A DNA stretch of 64,000 nt from an uncultured Bacteroidales bacterium (GTDB taxonomy: Bacteria; Bacteroidota; Bacteroidia; Bacteroidales; UBA11471). Of this stretch, positions 8,940 through 19,347 are shown piece after piece. Each line of letters opens with the position of its first letter. Within the stretch, counting starts at the first letter, position 1. Location: contig CANQAM010000007.1 of assembly GCA_947589325.1 (NCBI GenBank), forward strand, positions 21,147 through 85,146, read 5' to 3'. The position numbers were made by a program, and so were the translations under genes. Under the pieces are notes generated by a model, which was not told the DNA's origin, ran no database searches, and saw only the letters and a program-made list of their open reading frames with translations.

Positions 8940-11165
8940 TTATTTTCGGGTGAGCCGCAGGCTGTTCAATACGACGGAAATGGAGCTGAACGCCATGGCT
9001 GCGCTCGCCCACATGGGGGTGAGCAGCATTCCTTTGTCGGAGAACAACTGCAGTATGCCGGCGGCGATGGGTATGCAGATGATGTTGTAAATGAATGCCC
9101 AGAACAGATTTTCGTGTACGATGCGCATGGTGCGGCGCGAGAGCCGTATCGTGCGGGCGAGGAGCGACAAGTCCGATGTCATGAGCGTAATCATCGCCAC
9201 CTCCATGGCAATGTCGGAGCCGTGCCCCATGGCGACACTCACGTCGGCGCGCGCCAACGCCTGCGAGTCGTTGATGCCGTCGCCCACCATTGCCACCGTG
9301 CGCCCTTGTTCTTGCAGGGAGCGTACGAAATCTTCTTTGTCCTGCGGCAGGGCTTCGGCGCGCAGGCGGGTGATGCCGGCGTGTGCAGCGGTAGCTTGTG
9401 CCGTAAGGGTGTCGTCGCCCGTGAGCATACACACTTCGATGCCCTGTTTCTGCAACTCCCGTATGGCTGCGGTGGAATTTTCTTTTATCGGGTCGGCAAT
9501 GGATATGACGGCAAAGAGCGTGTGCGTGTCGCCGTAATAGACGACGCTGCGACCTTCGCTGCGCCAGCGGGTTATCTCTTTTTCCGTATCTTCGGGCAAC
9601 TCCGATATGCCGGCAAAAGAGCGATTCCCGATACGATAGCGTTCATCTTTATATGCCACTTCGATGCCTTTTCCGGTTACGTTGGTGAACGTGTCGAGCG
9701 GTGTTTCTGGAATGTTCCGCCCGGCAAAATGGCGGACGACCGCCTGCGCCAACGGGTGCGCCGATTTTGCTTCGGCAGAGACGAGCAGGCTCACGAGCCT
9801 TTCCGATTCGGGGCAGAGCCAAATCATATCCGTTACGGCGGGGCTGCCTTGCGTTATCGTACCCGTTTTGTCGAGCACCACGCAATCGACTTTTCCCATT
9901 TTCTCCAACGCTACGGCATCTTTTATCAGGATATGTTCCCGTGCGGCGCGACCTATCCCTGCCGTCAGGGCGATAGGGGTGGCGAGACCCAACGCGCAGG
10001 GACACGCCACGACCAACACCGATAGCGCTGTCAGTGCGGCGTATGCCAGACCGCCGACGCCGTTTCCGTGTGCCGGCGAAGGGTCGTACAGCAGATACCA
10101 GCACAGGAACGTCAGTACGGCGATGCCTATCACCGTCGGCACGAAGTAGGCGCTTACACGATCGACGACGTGCTGTACGGGAGCCTTGCTGCCCTGTGCC
10201 TCCTGCACGCGGCGTATGATTTGCGCCAGCAGCGTGCCCGAGCCTACGGCTTGCGCTTCGAGGGTGAGGGCGCCGTTTTGGTTGATGGTGCCTGCCAGCA
10301 CCTTGTCGCCCGTCGTTTTTACCGCCGGTATCGGTTCGCCGTTTATCATGCTTTCATCGACATACGACGTACCGTCGGCGACGATGCCGTCTACGGGCAC
10401 TTTTTCACCCGGACGCACGTAGAGTTTGTCACCCGCTTTCAGCGTGGCTATATCCACTTCCTGCACTCCGTTTTCGCCTATCTTCATGGCCGTCTGCGGT
10501 TGCAGCCCTATCAGGCTTTTCAATGCCGAAGAGGCGCGGCGACGGGTGCGTTCTTCCAAAAATTTTCCCGTAAGCACGAAGGCGACAATCATGCCTGCCG
10601 CTTCGTAATACACGTGCGCTTCGATGCCGTACTGTTCCCAATATTGCGGAAAAAGAGTGGTGAAAAGACTCAACAGAAACGACATGGCAGTGCTCATTGC
10701 CACCAGCGTGTCCATCGTGGCGGCTTTGCCCTGTCGCAAAGTTTTATAGGCGCGGACGTAGAACGGCGCGCCCGAATAGAGCAGAATGGGCAGTGTCAGT
10801 GCGAGCAATACCCACTTGATACCGGGCAGTGAAATAAAGAACATCGAAAGCACGATGAGCGGCAGAGCGCATGCCCATGCCACGGCGATGCGCCGGCGCA
10901 GCTTTCGGTAGCGGCGCTTGTCGGCAGCTTCGCGCTGGGCTTCGATGTGGCTGTCGGAAATCACGAGGTCGTAGCCCGCAGCCTGTACGGCAGCCCGTAT
11001 GTTTTCGAGGGTTATCGTATAGGGGTCGTATTCGACGACAAGCGATTCGGCGGCAAAATTCACGGCGGCGCTCTTTACCCCTTGCAGATTTTGGACGACC
11101 GATTCCACCGTTCCCGCACATACCGTGCAGCTCATCTCCAATACCGGCAATACACATTTTATCAT
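8940..11165 (-). CDS. copA: copper-translocating P-type ATPase
   Basis: N-terminal HMA (MSCTVCAGTVE), CPC (VACPCALGLATP), DKTGT (VLDKTGTITQG) and GDGINDS motifs. Start set at ATG 11165, because the longer ORF would run through a terminator hairpin and the -7 box. Confidence 0.93.
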   Translation of the reverse strand: MIKCVLPVLEMSCTVCAGTVESVVQNLQGVKSAAVNFAAESLVVEYDPYTITLENIRAAVQAAGYDLVISDSHIEAQREAADKRRYRKLRRRIAVAWACALPLIVLSMFFISLPGIKWVLLALTLPILLYSGAPFYVRAYKTLRQGKAATMDTLVAMSTAMSFLLSLFTTLFPQYWEQYGIEAHVYYEAAGMIVAFVLTGKFLEERTRRRASSALKSLIGLQPQTAMKIGENGVQEVDIATLKAGDKLYVRPGEKVPVDGIVADGTSYVDESMINGEPIPAVKTTGDKVLAGTINQNGALTLEAQAVGSGTLLAQIIRRVQEAQGSKAPVQHVVDRVSAYFVPTVIGIAVLTFLCWYLLYDPSPAHGNGVGGLAYAALTALSVLVVACPCALGLATPIALTAGIGRAAREHILIKDAVALEKMGKVDCVVLDKTGTITQGSPAVTDMIWLCPESERLVSLLVSAEAKSAHPLAQAVVRHFAGRNIPETPLDTFTNVTGKGIEVAYKDERYRIGNRSFAGISELPEDTEKEITRWRSEGRSVVYYGDTHTLFAVISIADPIKENSTAAIRELQKQGIEVCMLTGDDTLTAQATAAHAGITRLRAEALPQDKEDFVRSLQEQGRTVAMVGDGINDSQALARADVSVAMGHGSDIAMEVAMITLMTSDLSLLARTIRLSRRTMRIVHENLFWAFIYNIICIPIAAGILQLFSDKGMLLTPMWASAAMAFSSISVVLNSLRLTRK

Positions 11166-11187
11166 GGTTCCGTTTTTTTTGCGACAG

Positions 11188-11195
11188 CAAAGATA
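11188..11195 (-). promoter_or_regulatory. -7 promoter box (TATCTTTG) for copA
   Basis: The reverse complement of CAAAGATA matches TAnnTTTG, 23 nt upstream of ATG 11165. Confidence 0.55.
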
Positions 11196-11240
11196 AAACA
11201 AACAAAAATGATAAAAAAGTTTGCGGGAAATAAAAAAATG

Positions 11241-11260
11241 CCCCCTTTTCACAAAGGGGG
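11241..11260. terminator. strong bidirectional intrinsic terminator in the mgtC-copA spacer
   Basis: Stem CCCCCTTT / AAAGGGGG with a 4-nt loop, flanked by an A-run and a T-run. On the minus strand it is followed by CATTTTTTTATTT. Confidence 0.8.
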
Positions 11261-11455
11261 TCATTTTTCTTACAGGGGATATATCCTGCAAAAGATGCTC
11301 TAATAGAATGAAAAAAATTTTCCCTGTCAGACAGGGTCTGAATATTCAATAGACTGAGTACAAAGATAGGAATTTTTGGAAAGATGGAAAATCATTTTGC
11401 TAAAAAATATAGTGTATTAACATCTTTTAATATACTTATGCGTTCAAAAGAATAT

Positions 11456-12151
11456 TTATTCGATTTTTTCGATAAAGAGGTCGGGGAGGGTTTGCATATA
11501 TTGGTAAATCGCTGCTTCTTCCTTCGGTGAATTGCATCGCAAAATGAGGTTTACCGAATATCGGGTAGTGTTTCCAATAGTTTGTTTTTCGGCTTCGTAA
11601 GAGGTGATGCGGCTTTCCTGCTGCCGTACCGTTTCGATGATTTTTTGCAAATTCTCTTTTTCTCCGGTCGAGAATTTGATGCTGCAGCTGTGTATGCCGG
11701 TTTTTTTGAAAAGAATGGTGAGCAATTCCAGACCCAGCAAGGTGAATGCGGTTGCCGCCAGTCCTACCCAGTAAAGTCCGCCGCCCACCGCCAAACCTAT
11801 GCCGGCGGTCGCCCACAAGCCGGCGGCGGTAGTCAATCCGCGCACGAATTGCCGATGTATGATGATGGTGCCCGCTCCGATGAAACCGATGCCGCTGACT
11901 ACCTGCGCCGCGACTCGGCTCGGGTCGAAGCGCGATTCCACGCCGGCGGTTACCGCCTCGAATCCGTATTGCGACACAATCATGAACAGCGCACTGCCCA
12001 GCGATACCAGAAAGTGTGTGCGAAATCCCGCCTCTTTCGCGCGATAGGCACGGTCGAGTCCTATGATGGCTCCCAAAACGCCCGCTATCAGCAGACGGAG
12101 TACCAATTCCCAAGTCATTTCGTTGTACATACTGTAAATTACGATTCGCAT
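11456..12151 (-). CDS. MgtC/SapB family membrane protein
   Basis: WELVLRLLIAGVLGAIIGLDRAYRAKEAGFRTHFLV is the MgtC signature. The start is ambiguous (ATG at 12151, 12130 or 12118). Confidence 0.85.
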   Translation of the reverse strand: MRIVIYSMYNEMTWELVLRLLIAGVLGAIIGLDRAYRAKEAGFRTHFLVSLGSALFMIVSQYGFEAVTAGVESRFDPSRVAAQVVSGIGFIGAGTIIIHRQFVRGLTTAAGLWATAGIGLAVGGGLYWVGLAATAFTLLGLELLTILFKKTGIHSCSIKFSTGEKENLQKIIETVRQQESRITSYEAEKQTIGNTTRYSVNLILRCNSPKEEAAIYQYMQTLPDLFIEKIE

Positions 12152-12251
12152 TTTATTTCCGTAAAAATACAAATTTTTTAGGAAGGATAACGTTCGATAG
12201 AGAAAAAATCGCTTTTTGCAGGAAAAAGTTTGCATTTTCATAAAAAACGCC

Positions 12252-12259
12252 TACCTTTG
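12252..12259 (+). promoter_or_regulatory. -7 promoter box (TACCTTTG) for the his leader
   Basis: Exact TAnnTTTG, 21 nt upstream of the leader-peptide ATG. Confidence 0.6.
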
Positions 12260-12279
12260 TCCGCAGAAATATAAAGATT

Positions 12280-12321
12280 ATGTATTGCACGCTGCGACAC
12301 CATCACCATCATGAGGTTTGA
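12280..12321 (+). CDS. his operon leader peptide MYCTLRHHHHHEV
   Basis: ATG TAT TGC ACG CTG CGA CAC CAT CAC CAT CAT GAG GTT TGA. It has five consecutive His codons and sits between a promoter box and a terminator, directly upstream of hisG. Confidence 0.7.
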   Translation: MYCTLRHHHHHEV

Positions 12322-12365
12322 CTCGTAAGAGGCGAAGTTGTCGTGTCGTGTATAATAAAAATAGG

Positions 12366-12406
12366 AAAACGCTTGCCTCTTTGTCGGAGGCAGGCGTTTT
12401 GTTTTT
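12366..12406 (+). terminator. his attenuator (leader intrinsic terminator)
   Basis: Stem 12366-12379 (AAAACGCTTGCCTC) pairs with 12387-12400 (GAGGCAGGCGTTTT), 14 bp with one G:U, followed by GTTTTT. It lies 24 nt before the hisG ATG. Confidence 0.7.
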
Positions 12407-12429
12407 GAAATGCAATAAAAACGAATAAA

Positions 12430-13281
12430 ATGTTACGAATAGCAATTCAGTCGAAAGGACGTCTCAATGAAGACTCGATGCTGCTGCTCTCGGAGGCGGG
12501 CATCAAGTTATCGACGGGGAAACGTACGCTGTTGGTGCAATCGCGCAATTTTCCGGTCGAAGTGCTTTTCCTGCGCGACGACGATATTCCCGATTCGGTG
12601 GCTTCGGGAGTTGCCGATGTGGGTATCGTGGGTCGAAATGAATTTTTGGAAAAAGGCTGCCGTGCCGACATCGTGAAAAATCTCGGATTCGGCAAATGCC
12701 GCCTCTCGCTGGCGATACCGAAAGAGGTCGATTATCCGGGTCTTTCGTGGTTCAACGGCAAGAAAATTGCCACTTCCTATCCCGTGATACTGCAACGGTT
12801 TCTCTCCGAAAACAACATATCCGCCGATATACATATCATCACCGGTTCGGTGGAGATAGCTCCGGGCATAGGCCTTGCCGACGCCATATTCGACATTGTC
12901 AGCTCGGGCGGCACGCTGGTGAGCAACAACCTCAAAGAGGTGGAGGTAGCCGTCGATTCGGAAGCCGTGTTGATAGCCACGCCCGAACTTTCCGCCGAAA
13001 AACGGGAGATTCTCGACGAACTATTGTTCCGTATTGGCTCGGTGCAGGCTGCCGAAGATAAAAAATATGTGCTGATGAACGCCCCGCGCGAAGCGGTCGA
13101 GAAAATACTCGCCGTGCTGCCCGGCATAAAAAGCCCTACGGTCATGCCGTTGGCGCAGGAAGGGTGGTGTTCCATACATACCGTGCTCGACGAAAAATGT
13201 TTCTGGGAAATCATCAACAAACTGAAAGCTGCCGGTGCCGAAGGCATTTTGGCTTTGAACATCGAAAAAATGGTTCTTTAA
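12430..13281 (+). CDS. hisG: ATP phosphoribosyltransferase (long form)
   Basis: 283 aa. MLRIAIQSKGRL, and its position as first gene of the his cluster. Confidence 0.93.
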   Translation: MLRIAIQSKGRLNEDSMLLLSEAGIKLSTGKRTLLVQSRNFPVEVLFLRDDDIPDSVASGVADVGIVGRNEFLEKGCRADIVKNLGFGKCRLSLAIPKEVDYPGLSWFNGKKIATSYPVILQRFLSENNISADIHIITGSVEIAPGIGLADAIFDIVSSGGTLVSNNLKEVEVAVDSEAVLIATPELSAEKREILDELLFRIGSVQAAEDKKYVLMNAPREAVEKILAVLPGIKSPTVMPLAQEGWCSIHTVLDEKCFWEIINKLKAAGAEGILALNIEKMVL

Positions 13282-13293
13282 TTCCCTCTTCTT

Positions 13294-14577
13294 ATGGAAG
13301 TAATCAAATATCCCGACCGTAAAGAGTGGGGGCGCATTGTGGAGCGTCCGCGTCTCGACGTGCAGGAGCTTAACGATGCCGTATCTGCTGTGCTTGCCGA
13401 TATACAAATGCGGGGCGATGCCGCCGCCAAAGCATATATCGCCCGTTTTCAGGGAGCGCAACTCGACGATATGGAGGTGTCGCCTGCTGAAATGGCGGCT
13501 GCCGAAAAGGCGGTTTCTCCCGAATTGAAAAAGGCGCTGGCAGCGGCGCGCGACAACATTGCGCGGTTCCATGCCTCGCAGGCATTGTCGATAAAAAAAA
13601 TAGAAACATCGCCCGGCGTGTGGTGCTGGCAGAAAGCCGTACCTATCGAGCGGGTGGGTTTGTATGTACCGGGCGGCACGGCGCCGCTCTTTTCCACCGT
13701 GCTCATGCTGGCGGTGCCGGCGCAGGTGGCAGGCTGTCGCGAAATTATTTTGTGTACGCCGTGTGCAGCCGACGGCACGGTGCACCCCGCCGTTCTCTAT
13801 GCCGCGCAGCTTGCCGGCGTGGGGCGCATATTCAAGTTGGGCGGAGCGCAGGCAATCGCTGCTATGGCTTACGGCACGGAAACGGTGCCGGCGGTTTATA
13901 AAATCTTCGGTCCGGGCAACCAGTATGTAACGGCGGCGAAGCAGCAGGTGAGCCGGCAGGGCGTGGCGATAGATATGCCCGCAGGCCCCTCCGAAGTGGC
14001 GGTCATCGCCGATGCTTCGTCCGATTTGGCTTTTGTCGCTTCCGACTTCCTTTCGCAGGCGGAGCACGGCGCCGACAGCCAGTCGGTGCTTTTCACGACC
14101 GACGAAACGATACTGGCTCCTTTGCAGGCGGAGATAGAGCGTCAGCTCGCCGCCCTGCCGCGTCGGGAGCTTACCGCAAAAGCGTTGGCACACAGCCGTC
14201 TCGTGCTTCTGCACGATACCGACGAATTGATGGAGTTGGTCAATCGCTATGCCCCCGAACACCTGATTATACAGTGCGCCGACTATCGCGCCGTTGCCGA
14301 CCGCGTGGTCAATGCCGGCTCCGTGTTTCTCGGCGCCTATACGCCCGAGAGTGCCGGCGACTATGCTTCGGGCACCAATCACACCCTGCCCACGTGCGGC
14401 TATGCGCGGGCATACAGCGGCGTTAATCTCGACAGCTTCGTCCGCAAGATAACTTTTCAGGAAATTTCGCGCGACGGCTTGCAGGGGCTTGCTCCCGTCA
14501 TCGAAACCATGGCGGCGGGCGAAGGACTCGACGCCCATAAGAATGCCGTTACGGTAAGACTTCAAAACCAAAAGTGA
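13294..14577 (+). CDS. hisD: histidinol dehydrogenase
   Basis: 427 aa. SQAEHG and [13 protein letters not shown] motifs. Confidence 0.95.
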   Translation: MEVIKYPDRKEWGRIVERPRLDVQELNDAVSAVLADIQMRGDAAAKAYIARFQGAQLDDMEVSPAEMAAAEKAVSPELKKALAAARDNIARFHASQALSIKKIETSPGVWCWQKAVPIERVGLYVPGGTAPLFSTVLMLAVPAQVAGCREIILCTPCAADGTVHPAVLYAAQLAGVGRIFKLGGAQAIAAMAYGTETVPAVYKIFGPGNQYVTAAKQQVSRQGVAIDMPAGPSEVAVIADASSDLAFVASDFLSQAEHGADSQSVLFTTDETILAPLQAEIERQLAALPRRELTAKALAHSRLVLLHDTDELMELVNRYAPEHLIIQCADYRAVADRVVNAGSVFLGAYTPESAGDYASGTNHTLPTCGYARAYSGVNLDSFVRKITFQEISRDGLQGLAPVIETMAAGEGLDAHKNAVTVRLQNQK

Positions 14578-14582
14578 ATCAG

Positions 14583-15620
14583 ATGAAAGCGTTACAGAAG
14601 TTGGTACGTCCCAATATATGGAATCTTACGCCGTATTCTTCGGCGCGTGATGAATTCAAGGGAGAGGCGTCGGTGTTTCTCGATGCCAACGAGAACCCGT
14701 ACAATGCGCCTTTCAACCGCTATCCCGACCCTTTGCAGCGGGAGTTGAAAAAGAAAATCGCCTGCATCAAGGGGGTAAGACCCGACCAACTCTTTCTCGG
14801 AGTGGGCAGCGACGAGTGCATCGACGTGCTCTATCGCGCCTTTTGCGAGCCGGCGGTCGATAATGTCGTGGCTATCGACCCCACATACGGCATGTACAAA
14901 GTGTGCGCCGACATCAACAATGTGGAGTACCGGAAAGTGCGCCTCGATGCGGATTTCGATTTCGATGTCGAAACGCTCTTAGCGCAGGTCGATGACCATA
15001 CCAAACTGATATTCTTCTGTTCGCCGAACAACCCTTCGGGCAACCTGCTTTCGCAGGAAAAGATAAAAGCGGTGCTGTCGCGTTTCGACGGCATCGTCGT
15101 GGTCGATGAGGCATATATCGACTTTGCCGCTTCCGACGGCTTTCTGCCGCTTTTGGACGCATACGCCGGTTTGGTCGTGATGCACACCTTTTCCAAAGCG
15201 TGGGGAAATGCCGCCGTGCGTCTGGGCATGGCGTTCGCCTCGCCCGAAATCATCGGCATCTTCAACAAGATAAAATATCCCTACAACATCAACCTGCTGA
15301 CGCAGCAGCACGTCTTTGCTTTGCTCGACCGACAGGCACAGGTGCGCGAGTGGGTCGCCGGTCTGACAGCCGGACGGGAAGCGCTGCGGGCGGCGTTGGA
15401 GCAGCTGCCCCTCGTCGAAAAGATTTACCGCAGCGATGCCAATTTCCTGTTGGTGCGGGTCGATGACGCGCAGCGGATTTACGACTATTTGGTGGAGAGT
15501 GGCATCGTGGTGCGCAACCGCCACCGGATAACCTTGTGCGAAAACTGCCTGCGCATCACCGTCGGCACGCCCGATGAAAACCGTATTTTGATAGAAACCT
15601 TGCAAAAATATACCCGATGA
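14583..15620 (+). CDS. hisC: histidinol-phosphate aminotransferase
   Basis: Class-II aminotransferase pattern (TFSKAWG lysine site). Start is ATG 14583, or alternatively GTG 14574 overlapping the hisD stop as GTGA. Confidence 0.92.
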   Translation: MKALQKLVRPNIWNLTPYSSARDEFKGEASVFLDANENPYNAPFNRYPDPLQRELKKKIACIKGVRPDQLFLGVGSDECIDVLYRAFCEPAVDNVVAIDPTYGMYKVCADINNVEYRKVRLDADFDFDVETLLAQVDDHTKLIFFCSPNNPSGNLLSQEKIKAVLSRFDGIVVVDEAYIDFAASDGFLPLLDAYAGLVVMHTFSKAWGNAAVRLGMAFASPEIIGIFNKIKYPYNINLLTQQHVFALLDRQAQVREWVAGLTAGREALRAALEQLPLVEKIYRSDANFLLVRVDDAQRIYDYLVESGIVVRNRHRITLCENCLRITVGTPDENRILIETLQKYTR

Positions 15621-16753
15621 AAACATTGAAACGCGCCCTTTTCATCGACCGTGACGGTACGCTGGTCGTAGAGCCTCCGGTCGATTATCAGCTCGACAGC
15701 CTCGAAAAATTGCAGTTCACCCCCAAAGTTTTCCGCAATATGGCGTTCATACGGGAGAAGCTCGACTTCGAGCTGGTTATGGTTACTAATCAGGACGGTT
15801 TGGGCACGCCCTCTTTTCCCGAAGAGACCTTTTTGCCGGCGCACGAAAAGATGCTGCAAGCCTTTGCCGGCGAGGGCGTAACATTCGATGCCATACACAT
15901 CGACCGTTCGTTTCCGGAGGAGAATCTGCCCACCCGCAAGCCGTGCATCGGTATGCTTGCCGGCTACCTCGACGGCAGTTACGATATGGCTGCTTCTTTC
16001 GTGATAGGCGACCGCCTCACCGATATGCAGCTGGCGCGGAATCTCGGCTGTCGCGGCATTCTCTATGCCTCGCCCGCAGTCATGGACGATGCGGTGGCGC
16101 GAGAGGGGTTGGCGGATGTTTGCGTGTTGATTACCGACGATTGGGATAAAATAGCCGAATATCTTTTTGCCGGCGAGCGGCGCGCGGAGGTTCGCCGCAC
16201 CACTGCCGAAACCGACATATACGTTTCACTCGATTTGGACGGGCAGGGGAAAGGCTGCATCGCGACGGGCATCGGATTTTTCGACCACATGCTCGACCAG
16301 ATAGCCCGCCATTCGGGCATGAATCTCACCGTGCAGGCGAAAGGCGATTTACAGGTCGATGAACACCATACGATCGAAGATACCGGCATTGCGCTCGGCG
16401 AGTGTATAGCCCGTGCCTTGGGCGACAAGCGCGGCATGGAACGGTACGGTTTCTGTCTGCCGATGGACGACTGCCGCTGCACGGTGGCGCTCGATTTCGG
16501 CGGCCGTCCGTGGTTAGTGTGGAAGGCTGCTTTTCATCGTGAAAAAATCGGCGATATGCCGACGGAAATGTTCCTTCACTTTTTCAAGTCGCTCAGCGAT
16601 GCCGCCCGCATGAATCTCCATATAGAGGCGGAGGGCGAAAACGAACACCACAAAATCGAAAGCATATTCAAAGCCTTTGCCCGTTCGCTCAAAATGGCGG
16701 TGCGGCGCGATATTTTCCATTACGAACTTCCTTCCACCAAAGGCGCGTTGTAG
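15617..16753 (+). CDS. hisB: bifunctional histidinol-phosphatase / imidazoleglycerol-phosphate dehydratase
   Basis: N-terminal HAD motif FIDRDGTL and C-terminal IGPD motifs ([18 protein letters not shown]). ATGA start/stop overlap with hisC. Confidence 0.93.
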   Translation: MKTLKRALFIDRDGTLVVEPPVDYQLDSLEKLQFTPKVFRNMAFIREKLDFELVMVTNQDGLGTPSFPEETFLPAHEKMLQAFAGEGVTFDAIHIDRSFPEENLPTRKPCIGMLAGYLDGSYDMAASFVIGDRLTDMQLARNLGCRGILYASPAVMDDAVAREGLADVCVLITDDWDKIAEYLFAGERRAEVRRTTAETDIYVSLDLDGQGKGCIATGIGFFDHMLDQIARHSGMNLTVQAKGDLQVDEHHTIEDTGIALGECIARALGDKRGMERYGFCLPMDDCRCTVALDFGGRPWLVWKAAFHREKIGDMPTEMFLHFFKSLSDAARMNLHIEAEGENEHHKIESIFKAFARSLKMAVRRDIFHYELPSTKGAL

Positions 16754-16765
16754 CGGACGGACGCC

Positions 16766-17983
16766 TCAAAACATGGCGGCGACGCGCTGCACGGCGGCAA
16801 CGAACGCATCGACCTCTTCGCGCGTATTGTACAGGGCGAACGAGGCGCGCAATACTCCCTCCACGCCCAATCGCTGCATCAGCGGCTGGGCGCAGTGATG
16901 CCCCGACCGCAGGGCGAATCCCAATTTGTCGAGCAGCATACCCATGTCGTAAGGGTGTATGTTGCGCACGAGAAACGATATGACGCCGCTCTTTTCCGGC
17001 GCCGTGCCGAAAATGCGCAGCCCGTCGATTTCGTCGGTGAGGCGCTGCGTGGCATAGTGCAGCAGGTTGTTTTCGTGGGCGGCGATGTTTTCGATGCCGA
17101 TGCGGTCGATGTAATCGAGTGCGCGGGCGAAAGCCGCCGAGCCGATGTAGTCGGGTGTGCCCGCCTCGAATTTGAACGGCAGTTCGTTGAACGTCGTCTT
17201 TTCAAAAGAAACATGCCCTATCATTTCACCTCCGCCCTGATACGGCGGCATGGCGTCGAGCAGGCTCTCTTTTCCGTAAAGCACGCCGATGCCCGCAGGT
17301 CCGTACATTTTGTGGGCGGACAGCACGAAGAAGTCGGCATCGAGCGCCTGCACGTCTATGGGCAGATGCGGCGCGCTCTGCGCTCCGTCGATGAGTACGG
17401 GCACATGGTGCGCGTGGGCGAAGCCGATAAGTTCCTTCACCGGATTTATCGTACCCAACACATTCGATACGTGGGTGATAGCCAACAGTTTCGTCCGCTC
17501 GTTGAACAGCGATCGGCAGGCGTCCGTGTCGAGTACGCCCCTGTCGTCGATAGGCGCGATGCGCAGGGTGATGTTTCGGTACGTTTTCAGCAGTTGCCAC
17601 GGCACGATATTGGCGTGATGCTCCATTTCGGAGATGATGACTTCGTCGCCGTCGTGCAGGAAAGTCATGCCGAAAGAGTGGGCGACGAGATTTATCGACT
17701 CGGTCGTTCCGCGCGTAAAAACGATTTCGTGCGCGTGGGCGGCATTCAGAAATTGCTGCACCCGCCGGCGGGCTTGTTCGTGTCCGTCGGTGGCTTCCTG
17801 ACTCAACCGATGAACGCCCCGATGCACATTGGCGTTGTGTTGGGTGTACCCTTCGACAATGGCGTCGATGACGCACTGCGGTTTCTGGGTCGTCGCCGCG
17901 TTGTCGAAATAGACGAGCGGTTTGCCATATACCTCGCGGGCGAGAATGGGAAAATCTTTTCGTATGGCGTTTATATCCGGCAT
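16766..17983 (-). CDS. sufS: cysteine desulfurase, SufS type
   Basis: 405 aa class-V aminotransferase with SAHKMYGP (PLP lysine) and HHCAQPL (active-site Cys). It is the last gene of the suf cluster. Confidence 0.92.
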   Translation of the reverse strand: MPDINAIRKDFPILAREVYGKPLVYFDNAATTQKPQCVIDAIVEGYTQHNANVHRGVHRLSQEATDGHEQARRRVQQFLNAAHAHEIVFTRGTTESINLVAHSFGMTFLHDGDEVIISEMEHHANIVPWQLLKTYRNITLRIAPIDDRGVLDTDACRSLFNERTKLLAITHVSNVLGTINPVKELIGFAHAHHVPVLIDGAQSAPHLPIDVQALDADFFVLSAHKMYGPAGIGVLYGKESLLDAMPPYQGGGEMIGHVSFEKTTFNELPFKFEAGTPDYIGSAAFARALDYIDRIGIENIAAHENNLLHYATQRLTDEIDGLRIFGTAPEKSGVISFLVRNIHPYDMGMLLDKLGFALRSGHHCAQPLMQRLGVEGVLRASFALYNTREEVDAFVAAVQRVAAMF

Positions 17984-17995
17984 GATTATATCGTT

Positions 17996-19336
17996 TTATT
18001 GACAGATGCGGCAGCCCGCGCATTTGTCGAGCGTGCCTCTGAATCGTTTTTCCACGAGCTGGCGCAGCCGTTCTTTCAACTCCTCGATGCGCACCATATC
18101 GATGACGTCGTGCGTGAAAGCCACCCGCAGCAGCGTGCGGGCTTCGGCTTCGGGAATGCCGCGCGAGCGCATATAAAAGAGCGCGTTGTTGTCGAGCTGC
18201 CCGACGGTGGCGCCGTGGCTGCACTTCACATCGTCGGCATAAATTTCGAGCTGCGGTTGCGTGTAGATGTGCGCCTCTTTGGTCGAGCAGAGGTTGCGGT
18301 TGGTCTGCATTGCCGAAGTCTTTTGCGCTCCCTGCCGCACCAATATGCGCCCGTTGAACACACCCGTAGCCATATCGTCGAGCACGTATTTGAACAGTTC
18401 GTTGCTGGTGCATTGCGGAGCGCGGTGGTCGATGAACGTGTAGTTGTCGATGACCTGCCGTTTGTCGGCGACCGCCATGCCGCAGAGGCGGGTTTCCGCC
18501 CCCTCGCCGTCGAGCGACACATAATAGTTGTTGCGCGTGCAGCCGTTGTGCAGCGTGATGCCGTTTACCAGCACGTTGGAGCCGGCTGCCTGATGTATGA
18601 ATGCCGACGATACCCGTCGGGTTTCGAGCGTCGATTCTTCAAGGTCGTAATAGTCGAAGACGGCATTTTCGCCGACGAATATTTCGGCGACCTGCGAAAC
18701 GAGAAATTTCCCTTTGTCGAGCGTATGGTCGCAGGAGAGAAGCCGCACTTGCGCTCCTGCCTCCAAAACAATCAGGAGGCGGCGTACCGCCATGAAATCC
18801 TGCTTGCCGTGCATGATATTGACAAGCTGCAAAGGCTCCTCGATCGTTGTGTTTTGCGGCACGTACAAGAAGAATCCGTCTTGCGCCAGCGCCGTGTTGA
18901 GAGCCGTCGTGCCGTCGTCGAGCCGAGCCGCCCGTCCGTAATGGCGGGCGACGAGGTCGGGGTGGGCGAGGGCGGCTTCGCGCAGGCTGCAAGCGATGAC
19001 CCCCTGCGGCAGCTGTCGGGGCTTCGGTGTCGGGCAGAGTGTGTCGCCGGCGAAAAGAAAGAGCCGGCTTTTCAGGTCGGGAACATCGCAGCGGAATATT
19101 TCCTGCGGATTGTTCACGCGATTTACCCGTGCCGCATTCACGCCGTAGTCGGGTGCGAAAAATTGGGAAACGTCGGTATGCAGAAATTCCTCCCGGCTTT
19201 TGTCGGGAAGGCCGTTTTGTTTCAATGCCGCCAAGGCTTCGTCGCGCAGGGCGTTCAGCACGGGCGCGGCGTGTTCGTCGAACAGGGCGCGGTTTTTCTG
19301 CAAGAGGTCGATGTATTGTCGGGCTGCGTTGTTCAT
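17996..19336 (-). CDS. sufD: Fe-S cluster assembly protein SufD
   Basis: 446 aa, between sufC and sufS. The C-terminal beta-helix region resembles SufB. Confidence 0.88.
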   Translation of the reverse strand: MNNAARQYIDLLQKNRALFDEHAAPVLNALRDEALAALKQNGLPDKSREEFLHTDVSQFFAPDYGVNAARVNRVNNPQEIFRCDVPDLKSRLFLFAGDTLCPTPKPRQLPQGVIACSLREAALAHPDLVARHYGRAARLDDGTTALNTALAQDGFFLYVPQNTTIEEPLQLVNIMHGKQDFMAVRRLLIVLEAGAQVRLLSCDHTLDKGKFLVSQVAEIFVGENAVFDYYDLEESTLETRRVSSAFIHQAAGSNVLVNGITLHNGCTRNNYYVSLDGEGAETRLCGMAVADKRQVIDNYTFIDHRAPQCTSNELFKYVLDDMATGVFNGRILVRQGAQKTSAMQTNRNLCSTKEAHIYTQPQLEIYADDVKCSHGATVGQLDNNALFYMRSRGIPEAEARTLLRVAFTHDVIDMVRIEELKERLRQLVEKRFRGTLDKCAGCRICQ

Positions 19337-19347
19337 AGCAAACAGGT

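Noticed and set aside
13021-14571. A 516-aa minus-strand ORF antisense to hisD.
   Set aside because: hisD on the plus strand has canonical motifs and operon context. The antisense translation is R/H/G-rich with no recognisable domain, like the other shadow ORFs here.
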